Positions 9,908 to 19,104 of a DNA stretch of 59,311 nt are shown here, piece by piece (positions within the stretch are counted from its first letter, which is position 1; every line of letters begins with the position of its first letter). Location: positions 1-59,311 of the IMG/VR virus record IMGVR_UViG_3300047457_000862. One strand, given 5' to 3'. The notes beneath the pieces were generated by a model, which was not told the origin of the DNA, did no database searches, and saw nothing but the letters and a program-made list of their open reading frames with translations. This stretch comes from a virus. Its lineage: Duplodnaviria > Caudoviricetes. A program made the position numbers and the translations under genes.

Positions 9908-10432
9908 GCCCTGTAAATTGGTGTCAACTGGATTTTCATCACGCGCCCCGAAAAGCCCATCAGCATTTGCTGCGGGCCGTGTTACACAGTCCACTGAGAG
10001 CAGCTTCTCTGCGCGTGCGGCTTTCTTTCCAGGTGCCACTTCGACACCCTGCCCCTTGAATGCCACGGAGAGGCCGAAGCAGTCAGGCATCGTTGCCGCG
10101 CGCTCAAGCATCAGCGGGGTCTCATCATGGTTTTTCAGCAGGTGCCAGTCGCCACGCAGCTTATTCCCGTCCATGCGGAAGTTGGTGACGTAGCCATTCA
10201 TCTTCTCGATGCCGCTGCCGTGATCGAGGTTGACCGGGACCTTGCCGCGCTCCTTCGCGAGCTGGAATAGCTTGCCGACTGTTTCATCGTCCACTTGCAG
10301 GTTGTGACCCTCCGCCTCACAGCCGCATGTAATGAGCGACACGCCCTTGATCACGCAGTCGTTTGCGTCGATGGTTCCCGTCTGTCCCGCGAACAGACCC
10401 TTCTGTTGTAGATGTATGGTTTGAAGTGCCAT
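9071..10432 (-). CDS. prohead maturation protease-scaffold
   Basis: VNLDH, GLSV and SVDCVTRPA motifs (His/Ser/Asp type, Mu gpI/HK97-like); acidic coiled-coil C-half; start set by GTTGACA-N15-ATG. Confidence 0.8.
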   Translation of the reverse strand: MALQTIHLQQKGLFAGQTGTIDANDCVIKGVSLITCGCEAEGHNLQVDDETVGKLFQLAKERGKVPVNLDHGSGIEKMNGYVTNFRMDGNKLRGDWHLLKNHDETPLMLERAATMPDCFGLSVAFKGQGVEVAPGKKAARAEKLLSVDCVTRPAANADGLFGARDENPVDTNLQGMAGNTNQNQQGEPSIADVLNAINGLNQRLDAHEQAISALHEQGADQDGITPEDLQALNHASDEELAQIGLTRDDVNAAIDQFNSQFEGEGEGEGEVGGEEGDGDYAGYYGEAGGAEGSAAAGAGAAAGASAGGAAFSALRNEVIQLRSMIQAQRAKEQQVAEDIQFGEVQSKITALAAQRDQAIELAERLVNENEALEIALNTGTRPVAAGVENGVRLFSANGNGELHAFQQLVKEIRDTQKCSEANAIHFAMKEPGGAALHADWLQSQGRRVIRMQS

Positions 10433-10524
10433 ACCTTGAATGCGGACTGTCAACGCACCGCCAGTACAGCAGAAACCCTCACGCATCGCGATGGCGACAC
10501 ATGAGGGTCTTGCCTATGAAGAAA

Positions 10525-13500
10525 CTACACGTTGGATGATCCACCGCCCAGAGCGTATCCAGCACCGAGCCCAGCGGCCCCTGCCAGAGATGCTCCGCGC
10601 CATCCACGCAGGCGATACTTCAGATTCGGCCCCGACATCGCCGTTGGCTGCTTTACGGCACCTCCGGCCATTTCTTCGGCCTGCTTCTGTGCCGCCTGCT
10701 GCGCGACAGCCTCCTGCGCTACTGGCTGCTTCGCTACTGGCTGCTGATACGGGGCAGGGTTCACTGGCTGCACCGAAGACCCAGTCTGTCCGACCGGAGT
10801 GTTCCCGTATGAAGCAGCGGTCTTCAGTCTCGGATCTGGAGCGGTCCCTGAATTAGGCGCGATCGGCCGTTCGGCGACTGGCTTTTTGAACGGAGCATTG
10901 CGAGTGGCCTTTCGGGCCTCGTTGAGCTGGCCAGCCAGGTGACTGCGAACCTTTCCGATCGTGTCTGCCCCAGCGAGATCAGCGCGACCCGCTCCTGTCG
11001 CGGCCTGATTGAATGCGCCCTGCACTCCGCGGCCAGCAGCCTCGATCGCATCGAGCTCGGCGCGGGGCGTGCTGACTCCGACCTTCTTCATGGTCCTCAT
11101 CAGGAAATCGCCTTTGGCGAAGTTGATGATGCTGTCGAGCGACTCACGAGCGCCCCAATGAAACTTTCCAGTGTAGCCAGTGGCTCGCAGCTCATCCTTT
11201 TGATAAGCCATCGCCTTCCTTAACTCAGGCAGCTCAGCCCTGAGTCTGTCGGCCAGCATTTTCCTGCTTTTGGCGAATACCGGAACCTTGTTGAACATCG
11301 CCATTTTCTCGTGCTCGGTAACTGGCCAGATCTGACGTATCGCCCTCTCGCCTCTGGCGAACCGAATCTCATCGAGGGACTCACGAGCCGACATGCGAAT
11401 CTTCTTCCCCTTCAGCTTGCGAGCGATCCCGGCCAATGCGCTTTCCTCCTGCTGTGCCACCTGCGCGCCCTGCTTATACACCGTCCCGATGGCTTCTGGG
11501 TCGATTCCGGAGCCATCTGCGCCAGTGAACATGCCAAGCGGGTTGCGTGGGCGTGGATCAGCAAAGCAGATGGCGTTGAGGGATTCACGAGCGGACATAG
11601 CCACGGGGCGCTCTTTGATCGCTTTCATGATCTTCTTCTCGCTGTTATTGGAATCGCGCTTGCTGATACCGTATTGGATAGCTGGAGGAATAACACTCCA
11701 CGCAACGATCTTACGGTTGATCTCCCCTGTCTTCTCTCGGGCAATCTTCCTGCCTTGCTCGATAATTGCCTCTCCGTCGATCCCTGCCATCTTCGCTGCC
11801 GGATGCGCTGCGGTCTTGCGAATAGCCTCTTCAACAGCAGGGGGCATGGTAGCCCCTTCTCCGGTAAAAAACCTGCGCACTGGACCCGGTATCGCCTTGG
11901 CGGCTTTATCACGCCAGCCAAACTCAATAATACTAATCAGCTCCTCCCTTGCCGACATTTCGACGCGACCAGCTTTTCTTATCTTACTTGCCGCACCAGC
12001 GGCGTAGGTTGACCATGCACGGGCAAGCGCCGGAATAGCGTCTTTCCCGAGATGCTTTACCGCCCTTCGGCTCGCATCTGCTTCGATTGCTAGATTCGGA
12101 AGCGATGCGATAACTGCTCCTGCTTTCGTTTTTGTTGGGATCTGCTTCGCGTAATTGGTTCCAGCAAACACAGCAGCAGGAGCATTCTTCGCGATCGCAA
12201 TAGCCTCGTGAGCGGGAACGCCTGCCTTCTTGGCAGCACGGTATGCGAGCACCTTGGCGATTCGAGCCTGCCTTGCGTGCCCTGCCTCATGCGCGATAAT
12301 CTCAGCAGTCGGGGATGATCTCATGGCGCTTCCGCCCGCGCTAGTCCCTGGATTGAAATGGCTGCCGCCCTTTACCGCAGTAATATCGAAGTTATCTGGC
12401 AACTTTCCGCCTGCCACTTCTCGATACATCTCCTTAGCGCGGGCTTTGCTCACTCTCGGGAATGCGGATTTGCCTGTCATAACCCGCTCCTGGATCGCAT
12501 TGAACTTTCCTATTTTCTTTTGAATAACAGGAGCAAGCTCATCTGCTTTTTCCTTGATTCTGTTAAGAAACGAAAGCTCGATAATCCCCTCAAGGATCTG
12601 CCGTGGTTGAGTGTTAATAGTGGATAATCCATAGGTTTTTTTGACGCGAGCCATAGCCTCTTCAGCCGCTTTTCGCTCGCCTGCACTTGATGAGTCTATG
12701 CGGAGCTTTTGGATGTGCCTAAGTTTATGGAGCAACCTCTCTCTTGCAGGACTGGGAATGTGTTCCAGCGACCCCCACTCTGGAGCATGTGGGCTCATCG
12801 CACTGGCAGACTCCTCTCTGACCCTTCTAGCCTGTTCAGCATGTCTAGCCCTGACCTTGTTAATATAATCCCTGCGTCCCGTTGCCCCGAGAGCAGCCCT
12901 GTTTTGCGCATCACGCGCAAGCTGTCCAATCGCTCCAGTGTCTTTACTTGCAAGCAGAGAAGACGCTGCGCCTGTTAATCTGCCAATGCTGGAATTAGCA
13001 ACAGCTCCAGAAACAACCTCGCCTGGAGAAACGGTGTTCGCCCTTCGCGCCGTGTTCGTTGCCCCAGGAGCGGCATATACGGCTATCTCCCTGCCGGATT
13101 TAGCAGCGTTTCCAACCCCGCTGACAACAATGCTTTTTCCGGCCCCTGTGAGTGGCGTGATCGCTGTCCCTATACCGCTGGATCTAATGATCGCTGGCGA
13201 CTTCAGCCCCATCATGCCGTCCGTAATACCACCCCCAACGCGCGGCATTTTTACTCCGGCCCGCCTCCATAGCGGGGTTTTTGTGATGGCCCCGATAGCC
13301 GCCAAGGTAGCTGCGCCAATCGGAACGGCTCTCGCCGTGGCTGCGTTGATCCTTCCTGCCGCATCATCGCCAGACCTGGATGCCGACCTCTCTGCTACCG
13401 CCTGCGCACCGCCCGCAATAGCAGCACCAGCAAGCCCGCCTATTGCGGACTTCTTCAATGTTTCGGCGCGAAGCAGCGCTCCGGCTACGCCACCCAGCGC

Positions 13501-13554
13501 GGCAGCTTTGGCAATACGACGCTCAGGACGCTCTTCATTATTTCCAGTTTGCAT
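10525..13554 (-). CDS. large modular basic protein (Gly-zipper segments, DUF2786-like helix, HEXXH metallopeptidase-like module); putative virion cargo polyprotein
   Basis: IAHEAGH; four [M/W][S/G]ARE(S/E)L..I.F[A/G] linkers; located between portal and protease. Confidence 0.6.
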   Translation of the reverse strand: MQTGNNEERPERRIAKAAALGGVAGALLRAETLKKSAIGGLAGAAIAGGAQAVAERSASRSGDDAAGRINAATARAVPIGAATLAAIGAITKTPLWRRAGVKMPRVGGGITDGMMGLKSPAIIRSSGIGTAITPLTGAGKSIVVSGVGNAAKSGREIAVYAAPGATNTARRANTVSPGEVVSGAVANSSIGRLTGAASSLLASKDTGAIGQLARDAQNRAALGATGRRDYINKVRARHAEQARRVREESASAMSPHAPEWGSLEHIPSPARERLLHKLRHIQKLRIDSSSAGERKAAEEAMARVKKTYGLSTINTQPRQILEGIIELSFLNRIKEKADELAPVIQKKIGKFNAIQERVMTGKSAFPRVSKARAKEMYREVAGGKLPDNFDITAVKGGSHFNPGTSAGGSAMRSSPTAEIIAHEAGHARQARIAKVLAYRAAKKAGVPAHEAIAIAKNAPAAVFAGTNYAKQIPTKTKAGAVIASLPNLAIEADASRRAVKHLGKDAIPALARAWSTYAAGAASKIRKAGRVEMSAREELISIIEFGWRDKAAKAIPGPVRRFFTGEGATMPPAVEEAIRKTAAHPAAKMAGIDGEAIIEQGRKIAREKTGEINRKIVAWSVIPPAIQYGISKRDSNNSEKKIMKAIKERPVAMSARESLNAICFADPRPRNPLGMFTGADGSGIDPEAIGTVYKQGAQVAQQEESALAGIARKLKGKKIRMSARESLDEIRFARGERAIRQIWPVTEHEKMAMFNKVPVFAKSRKMLADRLRAELPELRKAMAYQKDELRATGYTGKFHWGARESLDSIINFAKGDFLMRTMKKVGVSTPRAELDAIEAAGRGVQGAFNQAATGAGRADLAGADTIGKVRSHLAGQLNEARKATRNAPFKKPVAERPIAPNSGTAPDPRLKTAASYGNTPVGQTGSSVQPVNPAPYQQPVAKQPVAQEAVAQQAAQKQAEEMAGGAVKQPTAMSGPNLKYRLRGWRGASLAGAAGLGAGYALGGGSSNV

Positions 13555-14281
13555 ATTTGTTGTAAATATCGGTTGCGCCACTTCCGACCTGACCAGAGAT
13601 ACCTCCGGGAATAATCCCGGCGTATGCCCCCGCGCCAGCGCCTATGGCGGCGATATTACGAACATCCCTCCAGCCTCCAATCCTCATTCTGGAACCAGCT
13701 CGAAGCATCCCCGCGATCGCCCCGCGCACCCCACCCTTCTTGGGCGATGCAATGCGGTGCGCCAGCTTGGTCATTGCGCGACCCGTAGCACCCGGCCGCT
13801 TCAGGCCAGCTAATGCGGCACCCCCGGCAAGCGCAGCGCCAATACCAGCGCCCCCTCCCACGTATTTGAGCGTTTGAACAAGAGCATGTTTAGATGCTTC
13901 ATTCTGTGCCTGAGCACGGAGTTCCGGTTTGGCTACGTTTGCTACTGCTGTTGGGTTTCCGGACTGCAATCGCGCCCAGTAGTCGGTCCTTCGTTGTTCT
14001 ATGCGGTTCAGTTTGTCTTCAAACGAGATAATTGATGTGTTCATAATTGATTGGAATGATTGGTTTCTGGAGCGGTTTGCTTTCTTGGATGTCACGCGGA
14101 GGTTGCTCGGTGCGTTGTTTGACGGATTGCGATCCTTGTGGTCAACGTCTTTGCCGTCGCCCTTCTTCACCCTGCCCTCTTTAACGAGTAAACGGCGTGC
14201 AGCATTTCGCTTTGCACGCCGTTTGACTTGTGAAGGTTTGGAGTGGTAGTCGCGGTACTCTTTGGCGTAGTCGCGAGCCAT
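13538..14281 (-). CDS. HNH endonuclease fused to Gly-zipper module
   Basis: MARDYAKEY...DVDHKD..NN..NLRV...NR; linker MNTSIISFE; Gly/Ala-rich hydrophobic tail. Confidence 0.7.
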   Translation of the reverse strand: MARDYAKEYRDYHSKPSQVKRRAKRNAARRLLVKEGRVKKGDGKDVDHKDRNPSNNAPSNLRVTSKKANRSRNQSFQSIMNTSIISFEDKLNRIEQRRTDYWARLQSGNPTAVANVAKPELRAQAQNEASKHALVQTLKYVGGGAGIGAALAGGAALAGLKRPGATGRAMTKLAHRIASPKKGGVRGAIAGMLRAGSRMRIGGWRDVRNIAAIGAGAGAYAGIIPGGISGQVGSGATDIYNKYANWK

Positions 14282-14287
14282 GGCTGA

Positions 14288-14740
14288 TTACTTTCCGCGC
14301 AACCGTGCGATCAGCTTTGCAACCGCGCCGCCTGCCGCCGCGACACGACCCCTTCCGAGACGCTGACCGACCTTTGCTCCGCTCCCCCACTCTCCGAGTC
14401 TCGCTTCACGGTAGTCGCCTGCGACTTTTCCAGCCTGCGACTTGAGGCTTTCATAATCACCGGGAAGGGCGCGATAACCGGCTTTGATCTTGTCTCCGAC
14501 GCTACGGACCCGATTCATCGCTCCGGGTCCACGCTCTGAGCCGCCCCAGTCATTCCACACCTTTGAGCCCCTGGCGTACAGAGCGCCGGTGCCAGCTACG
14601 CCTGTCACGCCTGCTCCGATCGCGAGATTGCGCCCGAGATTGGATTCATCCTCGTCTCCGTACCGAGAGAAGTTGATTTCCAGCGCCTTGTCGGCAATAG
14701 CGTTGAGTTGAACGAGGCGGTTAATGCGATGATTGCTCAT
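14288..14740 (-). CDS. small Gly-rich basic protein of the cargo cluster
   Basis: 150 aa; leader ends in EINFSR. Confidence 0.55.
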   Translation of the reverse strand: MSNHRINRLVQLNAIADKALEINFSRYGDEDESNLGRNLAIGAGVTGVAGTGALYARGSKVWNDWGGSERGPGAMNRVRSVGDKIKAGYRALPGDYESLKSQAGKVAGDYREARLGEWGSGAKVGQRLGRGRVAAAGGAVAKLIARLRGK

Positions 14741-14791
14741 AATGGTGTGTTCTTGATGATTCTGAATTACACTGTGGGTACCGATGTCAAC

Positions 14792-17700
14792 TCACAGAAC
14801 ATCGTCCAGCAGCGACGAAAGAGCGATGAGGTCTTTGGTGACTGAGGACATCCCCATGGCACGCCGCTTCGCCCCCTCCGCAATCCCCTCCCGGAGCTTG
14901 TCGGCATAGACCGATCTATCGCCGGTCACTGCGGCCCCCGCGCCCCCGCTCGTCCTGCTGCCAGCGGCTCGCCCACCCTTATGAAGTATCGCCATCAGGC
15001 CCATTCCACCCAGCCAAGATGCTGTCATCTTCGCTGGAGTGACGACCGTATCCTGCCAGTCCTTGCGCTCAAGCAGCTTCTTCTCGCGACGCTCACGGCG
15101 GCGGATGTCCTTCAGGAGAACGAGATCGCCCTCCCTGCGGGTATCCCAGCCAGGGGCGCGGTCTTCGTTGGAGATGAAGTGGATGATGCCCCGGCCCTTG
15201 CTCCGTGCGCTGAATTTACCTTCGATGATCTTCCCGTATTTCTTGACCGCATCCTGCTGGTCCTTCGCGACCTTTGCTGCCTCGATTGCAGTAGCCGCCT
15301 CGTCTCCGGCGGCACCGCGAGCTGCGGCTTTCTTAGCCTCCCTACGAGCTGCTGCGTTTCGCCTGACCCATGCCAGGCCACGCCCGGCAATGCCCGATTG
15401 ATTCACGGCAGACGCCGCCTCGTTCACGGCGTCATCGGTATATCCCGTGATGGCATTGTAAGCCTTAGCCAGTCGCGGCATCTTGTGCGTAAGAGCATCT
15501 CGGAGCTCCCCGCTTTGAACTGCATCCCTCCAGCCTGAAATCACTGTCCCCTCCCCGGTGCCCTTCACTATGCGGCGGCTTGCGAGCGCACCGCCAGTCA
15601 GAATTGTCCCGAGGATCGCATTGCGAACCCACGGCTTATCCCATTCACGCTGACGCTCGCGGCCACGGCTATCGACGTTCTTCTCACCCTTGACTGCGCG
15701 AATCACGTCTTTCGCAAGACGAGTGCCGCGCTTTCCTGCGACGATTGCCTTGTTCGCGAATATGCGGCCTTTGCGCCATTCCTTCGAACCTTCCGGATTA
15801 CGCAGGAACTCAGGATCGGTTTCAATGTCCTCCTCGTCACGGAACTGAATTGTTTTGAGCTTTGAGTTCATAAGTAGATTTGCACCGATCAGGCCAGCGC
15901 CAACGAGGCCAGCGATCTTCGCGGCTTTCTTGGCGTTCTTCGCTCCGACATTAAAGCGGTTCGCGACCCCGCGGACGCGATTGATCCCCTTGTGCGCTGC
16001 CAGAGCGCCAGCACCAAGGGCTGCGGCTTTCCAAGGAATCCCCTCGGCGCGCTTTCCTTCGCGGGTGCGCTCGCCATACATATCCTTCCCTGCTTCTGTG
16101 CGGGTCCGAATCAGCGGCACGAGCAGAGCGCCAGCACCAGCACCAGCAGCGGCTCCGCGACGGCCCTTCATAACCCCGCCGAGCGCAGCGCCAGCAAGCA
16201 TTGTCCGCATGATGTTCGCATCACGGCGGTCAAGGTCTTCATCCTGGATCCTCTTGCGATAGCGGTCTGCCGCCAGCTTTCCGCTCAACGGAGCCTCTGC
16301 GAACCGAATCTGACGAACCTTACTGGACATCTTAACTGGCTTCTTGAGGTTGCGAAGCGTGTCAGCCTGCTGCCCCTCGTCTGCCATCTGAGCGGCACCA
16401 GCGAGCGTTCCCACAGCGCCCCCAATCAGAGCGCGACGAGCCGAACCTCCATTGCCCATCGCGGCGATCGGTATCCAGTTCTTGTTCCGGCGCACCAATC
16501 CGGCCGCCTTCTTGGTCAGGCCGAACACAGCGAGCTTCTTCGGGTCAGCCCCGGCGAGCGCCCCGAGCGCAGCTCCACTGAGCCCGCCGACGACCGCGCC
16601 ACCGACCGCGCCACTCTTCGTAGCAGATGCGGCATCACGCTTATCCGGCTTTCCGAGAATAGCCCGTCCTACGAGGCTCGACGCAAGACCCGCAGCGCCC
16701 ATGAAAGCACCAGCCTTGAACGCGGCCTTGCCGATTCGATTGAACTGTTTGCGAAGCGGTGCGGCCTTTGGAGCAGGCCCTCCTTTGCGGAACGCATTCC
16801 CATCGCGAGGACGAAGCAGCGATGCTACGATTCCACCGCCAGCAGCTCCGGTCACAGCAGAGCTGATCGCCATGCGCTTCGCGTCGTCGTATTCACCACG
16901 CTCGAAACGTAGTTGCTTCTGCTTCGACTTGTTCTCGCCTGCTTCACGCATCGCACTGCTTCCGAGCGCAGCCCCGCCAACAAGGCCAGCTCCAGTTCCG
17001 ATTGCAACGTGTTTATAGCGACGACTCTGCTCGTCATACATTTGCTTGGCGTGCTGCTTACCGAGCTTATCAGCAAGAGACTCCCTAGCCCCCTCAACGG
17101 CGCTGCTAATCCTATCCTCTGATTTGATTCGAGCAGCCTCAGCGGCCCGCGCTTTTGCCTCTGCGCTTTCGACCGCGATGCTCGCCCCGTAGTTTTCTTC
17201 GAGAAGCCTGCGGTTCTCCCTGCGAAGAGCAGCCGCCTCATTCTCGACTCGCCCAAGGTTCTCGGTCACGTCTTCAATAACCATTGGTCGCTCAGCAACC
17301 TTTTCCTTCTTAGGGGGCGCTGTCTTGACGGACTTCACCCTGCCTTTTTTGTATGGCACATGCTTCCCTGTTGGAGACGAACCACTATAACCAGGAATGC
17401 TGCGCGTGGAAAACCCCTCTGCGATGTCATTCACATCTAGCACACTCTTCGGACTTGAAAAGGTATCGCGCAAATCCTCAATGCTTTCCTGCACGCCCGC
17501 GTATTCCTCCTTAACGCGCTTCCTGCGAAGGCGCATCATGTCCGCAGCGGTTTTAGCCATACTCTTATTTTTCTTTGCCTTCCACTTTGAAAAACCTGGC
17601 CTTACCCTCACGAGATCTCCGATATGCGGCCCGTTTTCTGCCAGTTGCTTCTCGATCTCTTTTCTCAGACTTGGAAACATATCCTTCAGCCTATCTCCGC

Positions 17701-19075
17701 GAGCGAACTGGAAAGCGGTGCCCGTAGCAGACATGAGCATCTTGCGCTGCTCATCTTCCTTCTTGCGACCAGACAAAGCCTTTGCAGCAAGAACACCACC
17801 ACCGATCAGTCCGGCTGCGATCCCAATCTTCTTCAGCGTAGGGTAGCTGGTCCTAGATACATCAGGCATCTTTCCTTTCCATCCTTTCGGACGGCCCCCG
17901 CTTGCGAGCGCCTCCGCTGCTGCCGTGGGGTTGAATGCTGTGCGCTTTGACCCACCTTTCCATGGAATAGCCGCGTTCTTACCAGCCTCGACCTGAGTAA
18001 TATACTCAGGCACGTTGGATGGGTTTTTGAGGTAGTTCAGCTTTTCGCGAACTTCATCAACCCGGTTCGCATCAATACCAAGTCTGTGCGCCACCTCTGA
18101 GCGCATTTTATCACGTTGCTGTATGCGGATATTCCGAGCAGCCTCGCTCGGCAGCGCACTGACTCCAGACGTGGTTGCTTTTCCAGTAATATCCTGATCC
18201 GACTTCATCAAATTCTCGAAAGCATCCAGCGTATTGCGCTGCGCGGTAGGCAGGTCCTCTCCTAGCGCCCTACCGACCACAACCCCTCGACTCTTCATAT
18301 CATCCTCTATCGCCGCAGCGCGAGCGCGTATCTTCTGAAATCCCTCGTCCATCATGCGCCGATCCGCAATATCGTACTTTCTCCGTACCGCCTTCAGCTC
18401 CTTTTCTTGAGCCGGGGTCAGATCGTATGACAGTCGCGATTTTCCTGTGTATTTTCCGCTTTGGGATTTAACACCTCCGGTACGCCAGTCTCCATCGCGT
18501 TTCTTTATCTCCCTGACAAGGTTTCGGTTGATGACCGCCTGTGCGGCAAGTGCGCGACGAGCCTCGCTGTGCTTCTTTTCAAGGAACTTAGATCCAGCCC
18601 TCTGTAAAAACGAAGGGGCGTCCGGCTTCCCGGTTTGTTTGACTTCGATACCAATGAGAGCGTGCTTGAGTCGCTTCTTATCGATGAGCGGGGCTTTCGG
18701 GTATTGGCCTTCAGCGACCCGAACCAGAGGCTCCGCTCCTTTTTCTGTTCTCACATACCTGCCTCCACCCATCACCTCATAATTCTCGACCTTCTTCTGC
18801 CTCCAGAGCTTAGGGTTATCTACGCGCTCTCCACCCTTCCAGATTTTCATCGGCTGCTTCTTGCGCATGATCTCCTCCTCGCTCACGCGCTTGCGCTCCT
18901 CGGTAACGGCCCCGTGAAGCTCTCGGCCGAGCGCAGAATCAAGCGGGACCCCCATAGCATCTCCAGCTACGAGAATCTTCTTCGACATCACCCCCGGCTT
19001 CGCGAACATGAGCAGCCGCGAGATCGAGCTATTGAGTCGGAACAGGTGGTTTTTTGAGATTGGCGCGTGTGACAT
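14792..19075 (-). CDS. 1427 aa modular basic Gly-zipper-rich protein; putative polyprotein
   Basis: Repeated linkers (MSATGTAFQFA, MSSKVRQIRFA, MNSKLKTIQFR, FSARSKGRGIIHFI) separate Gly/Ala-zipper modules. Confidence 0.6.
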   Translation of the reverse strand: MSHAPISKNHLFRLNSSISRLLMFAKPGVMSKKILVAGDAMGVPLDSALGRELHGAVTEERKRVSEEEIMRKKQPMKIWKGGERVDNPKLWRQKKVENYEVMGGGRYVRTEKGAEPLVRVAEGQYPKAPLIDKKRLKHALIGIEVKQTGKPDAPSFLQRAGSKFLEKKHSEARRALAAQAVINRNLVREIKKRDGDWRTGGVKSQSGKYTGKSRLSYDLTPAQEKELKAVRRKYDIADRRMMDEGFQKIRARAAAIEDDMKSRGVVVGRALGEDLPTAQRNTLDAFENLMKSDQDITGKATTSGVSALPSEAARNIRIQQRDKMRSEVAHRLGIDANRVDEVREKLNYLKNPSNVPEYITQVEAGKNAAIPWKGGSKRTAFNPTAAAEALASGGRPKGWKGKMPDVSRTSYPTLKKIGIAAGLIGGGVLAAKALSGRKKEDEQRKMLMSATGTAFQFARGDRLKDMFPSLRKEIEKQLAENGPHIGDLVRVRPGFSKWKAKKNKSMAKTAADMMRLRRKRVKEEYAGVQESIEDLRDTFSSPKSVLDVNDIAEGFSTRSIPGYSGSSPTGKHVPYKKGRVKSVKTAPPKKEKVAERPMVIEDVTENLGRVENEAAALRRENRRLLEENYGASIAVESAEAKARAAEAARIKSEDRISSAVEGARESLADKLGKQHAKQMYDEQSRRYKHVAIGTGAGLVGGAALGSSAMREAGENKSKQKQLRFERGEYDDAKRMAISSAVTGAAGGGIVASLLRPRDGNAFRKGGPAPKAAPLRKQFNRIGKAAFKAGAFMGAAGLASSLVGRAILGKPDKRDAASATKSGAVGGAVVGGLSGAALGALAGADPKKLAVFGLTKKAAGLVRRNKNWIPIAAMGNGGSARRALIGGAVGTLAGAAQMADEGQQADTLRNLKKPVKMSSKVRQIRFAEAPLSGKLAADRYRKRIQDEDLDRRDANIMRTMLAGAALGGVMKGRRGAAAGAGAGALLVPLIRTRTEAGKDMYGERTREGKRAEGIPWKAAALGAGALAAHKGINRVRGVANRFNVGAKNAKKAAKIAGLVGAGLIGANLLMNSKLKTIQFRDEEDIETDPEFLRNPEGSKEWRKGRIFANKAIVAGKRGTRLAKDVIRAVKGEKNVDSRGRERQREWDKPWVRNAILGTILTGGALASRRIVKGTGEGTVISGWRDAVQSGELRDALTHKMPRLAKAYNAITGYTDDAVNEAASAVNQSGIAGRGLAWVRRNAAARREAKKAAARGAAGDEAATAIEAAKVAKDQQDAVKKYGKIIEGKFSARSKGRGIIHFISNEDRAPGWDTRREGDLVLLKDIRRRERREKKLLERKDWQDTVVTPAKMTASWLGGMGLMAILHKGGRAAGSRTSGGAGAAVTGDRSVYADKLREGIAEGAKRRAMGMSSVTKDLIALSSLLDDVL

Positions 19076-19104
19076 CTTACCCTGAAGGCGAAGATGTCAA
19101 CGGT

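Noticed and set aside
14140-14150. Intragenic GTCAAC copies (also near 1446, 6725, 7978)
   Set aside because: No gene start at the characteristic spacing; treated as background.
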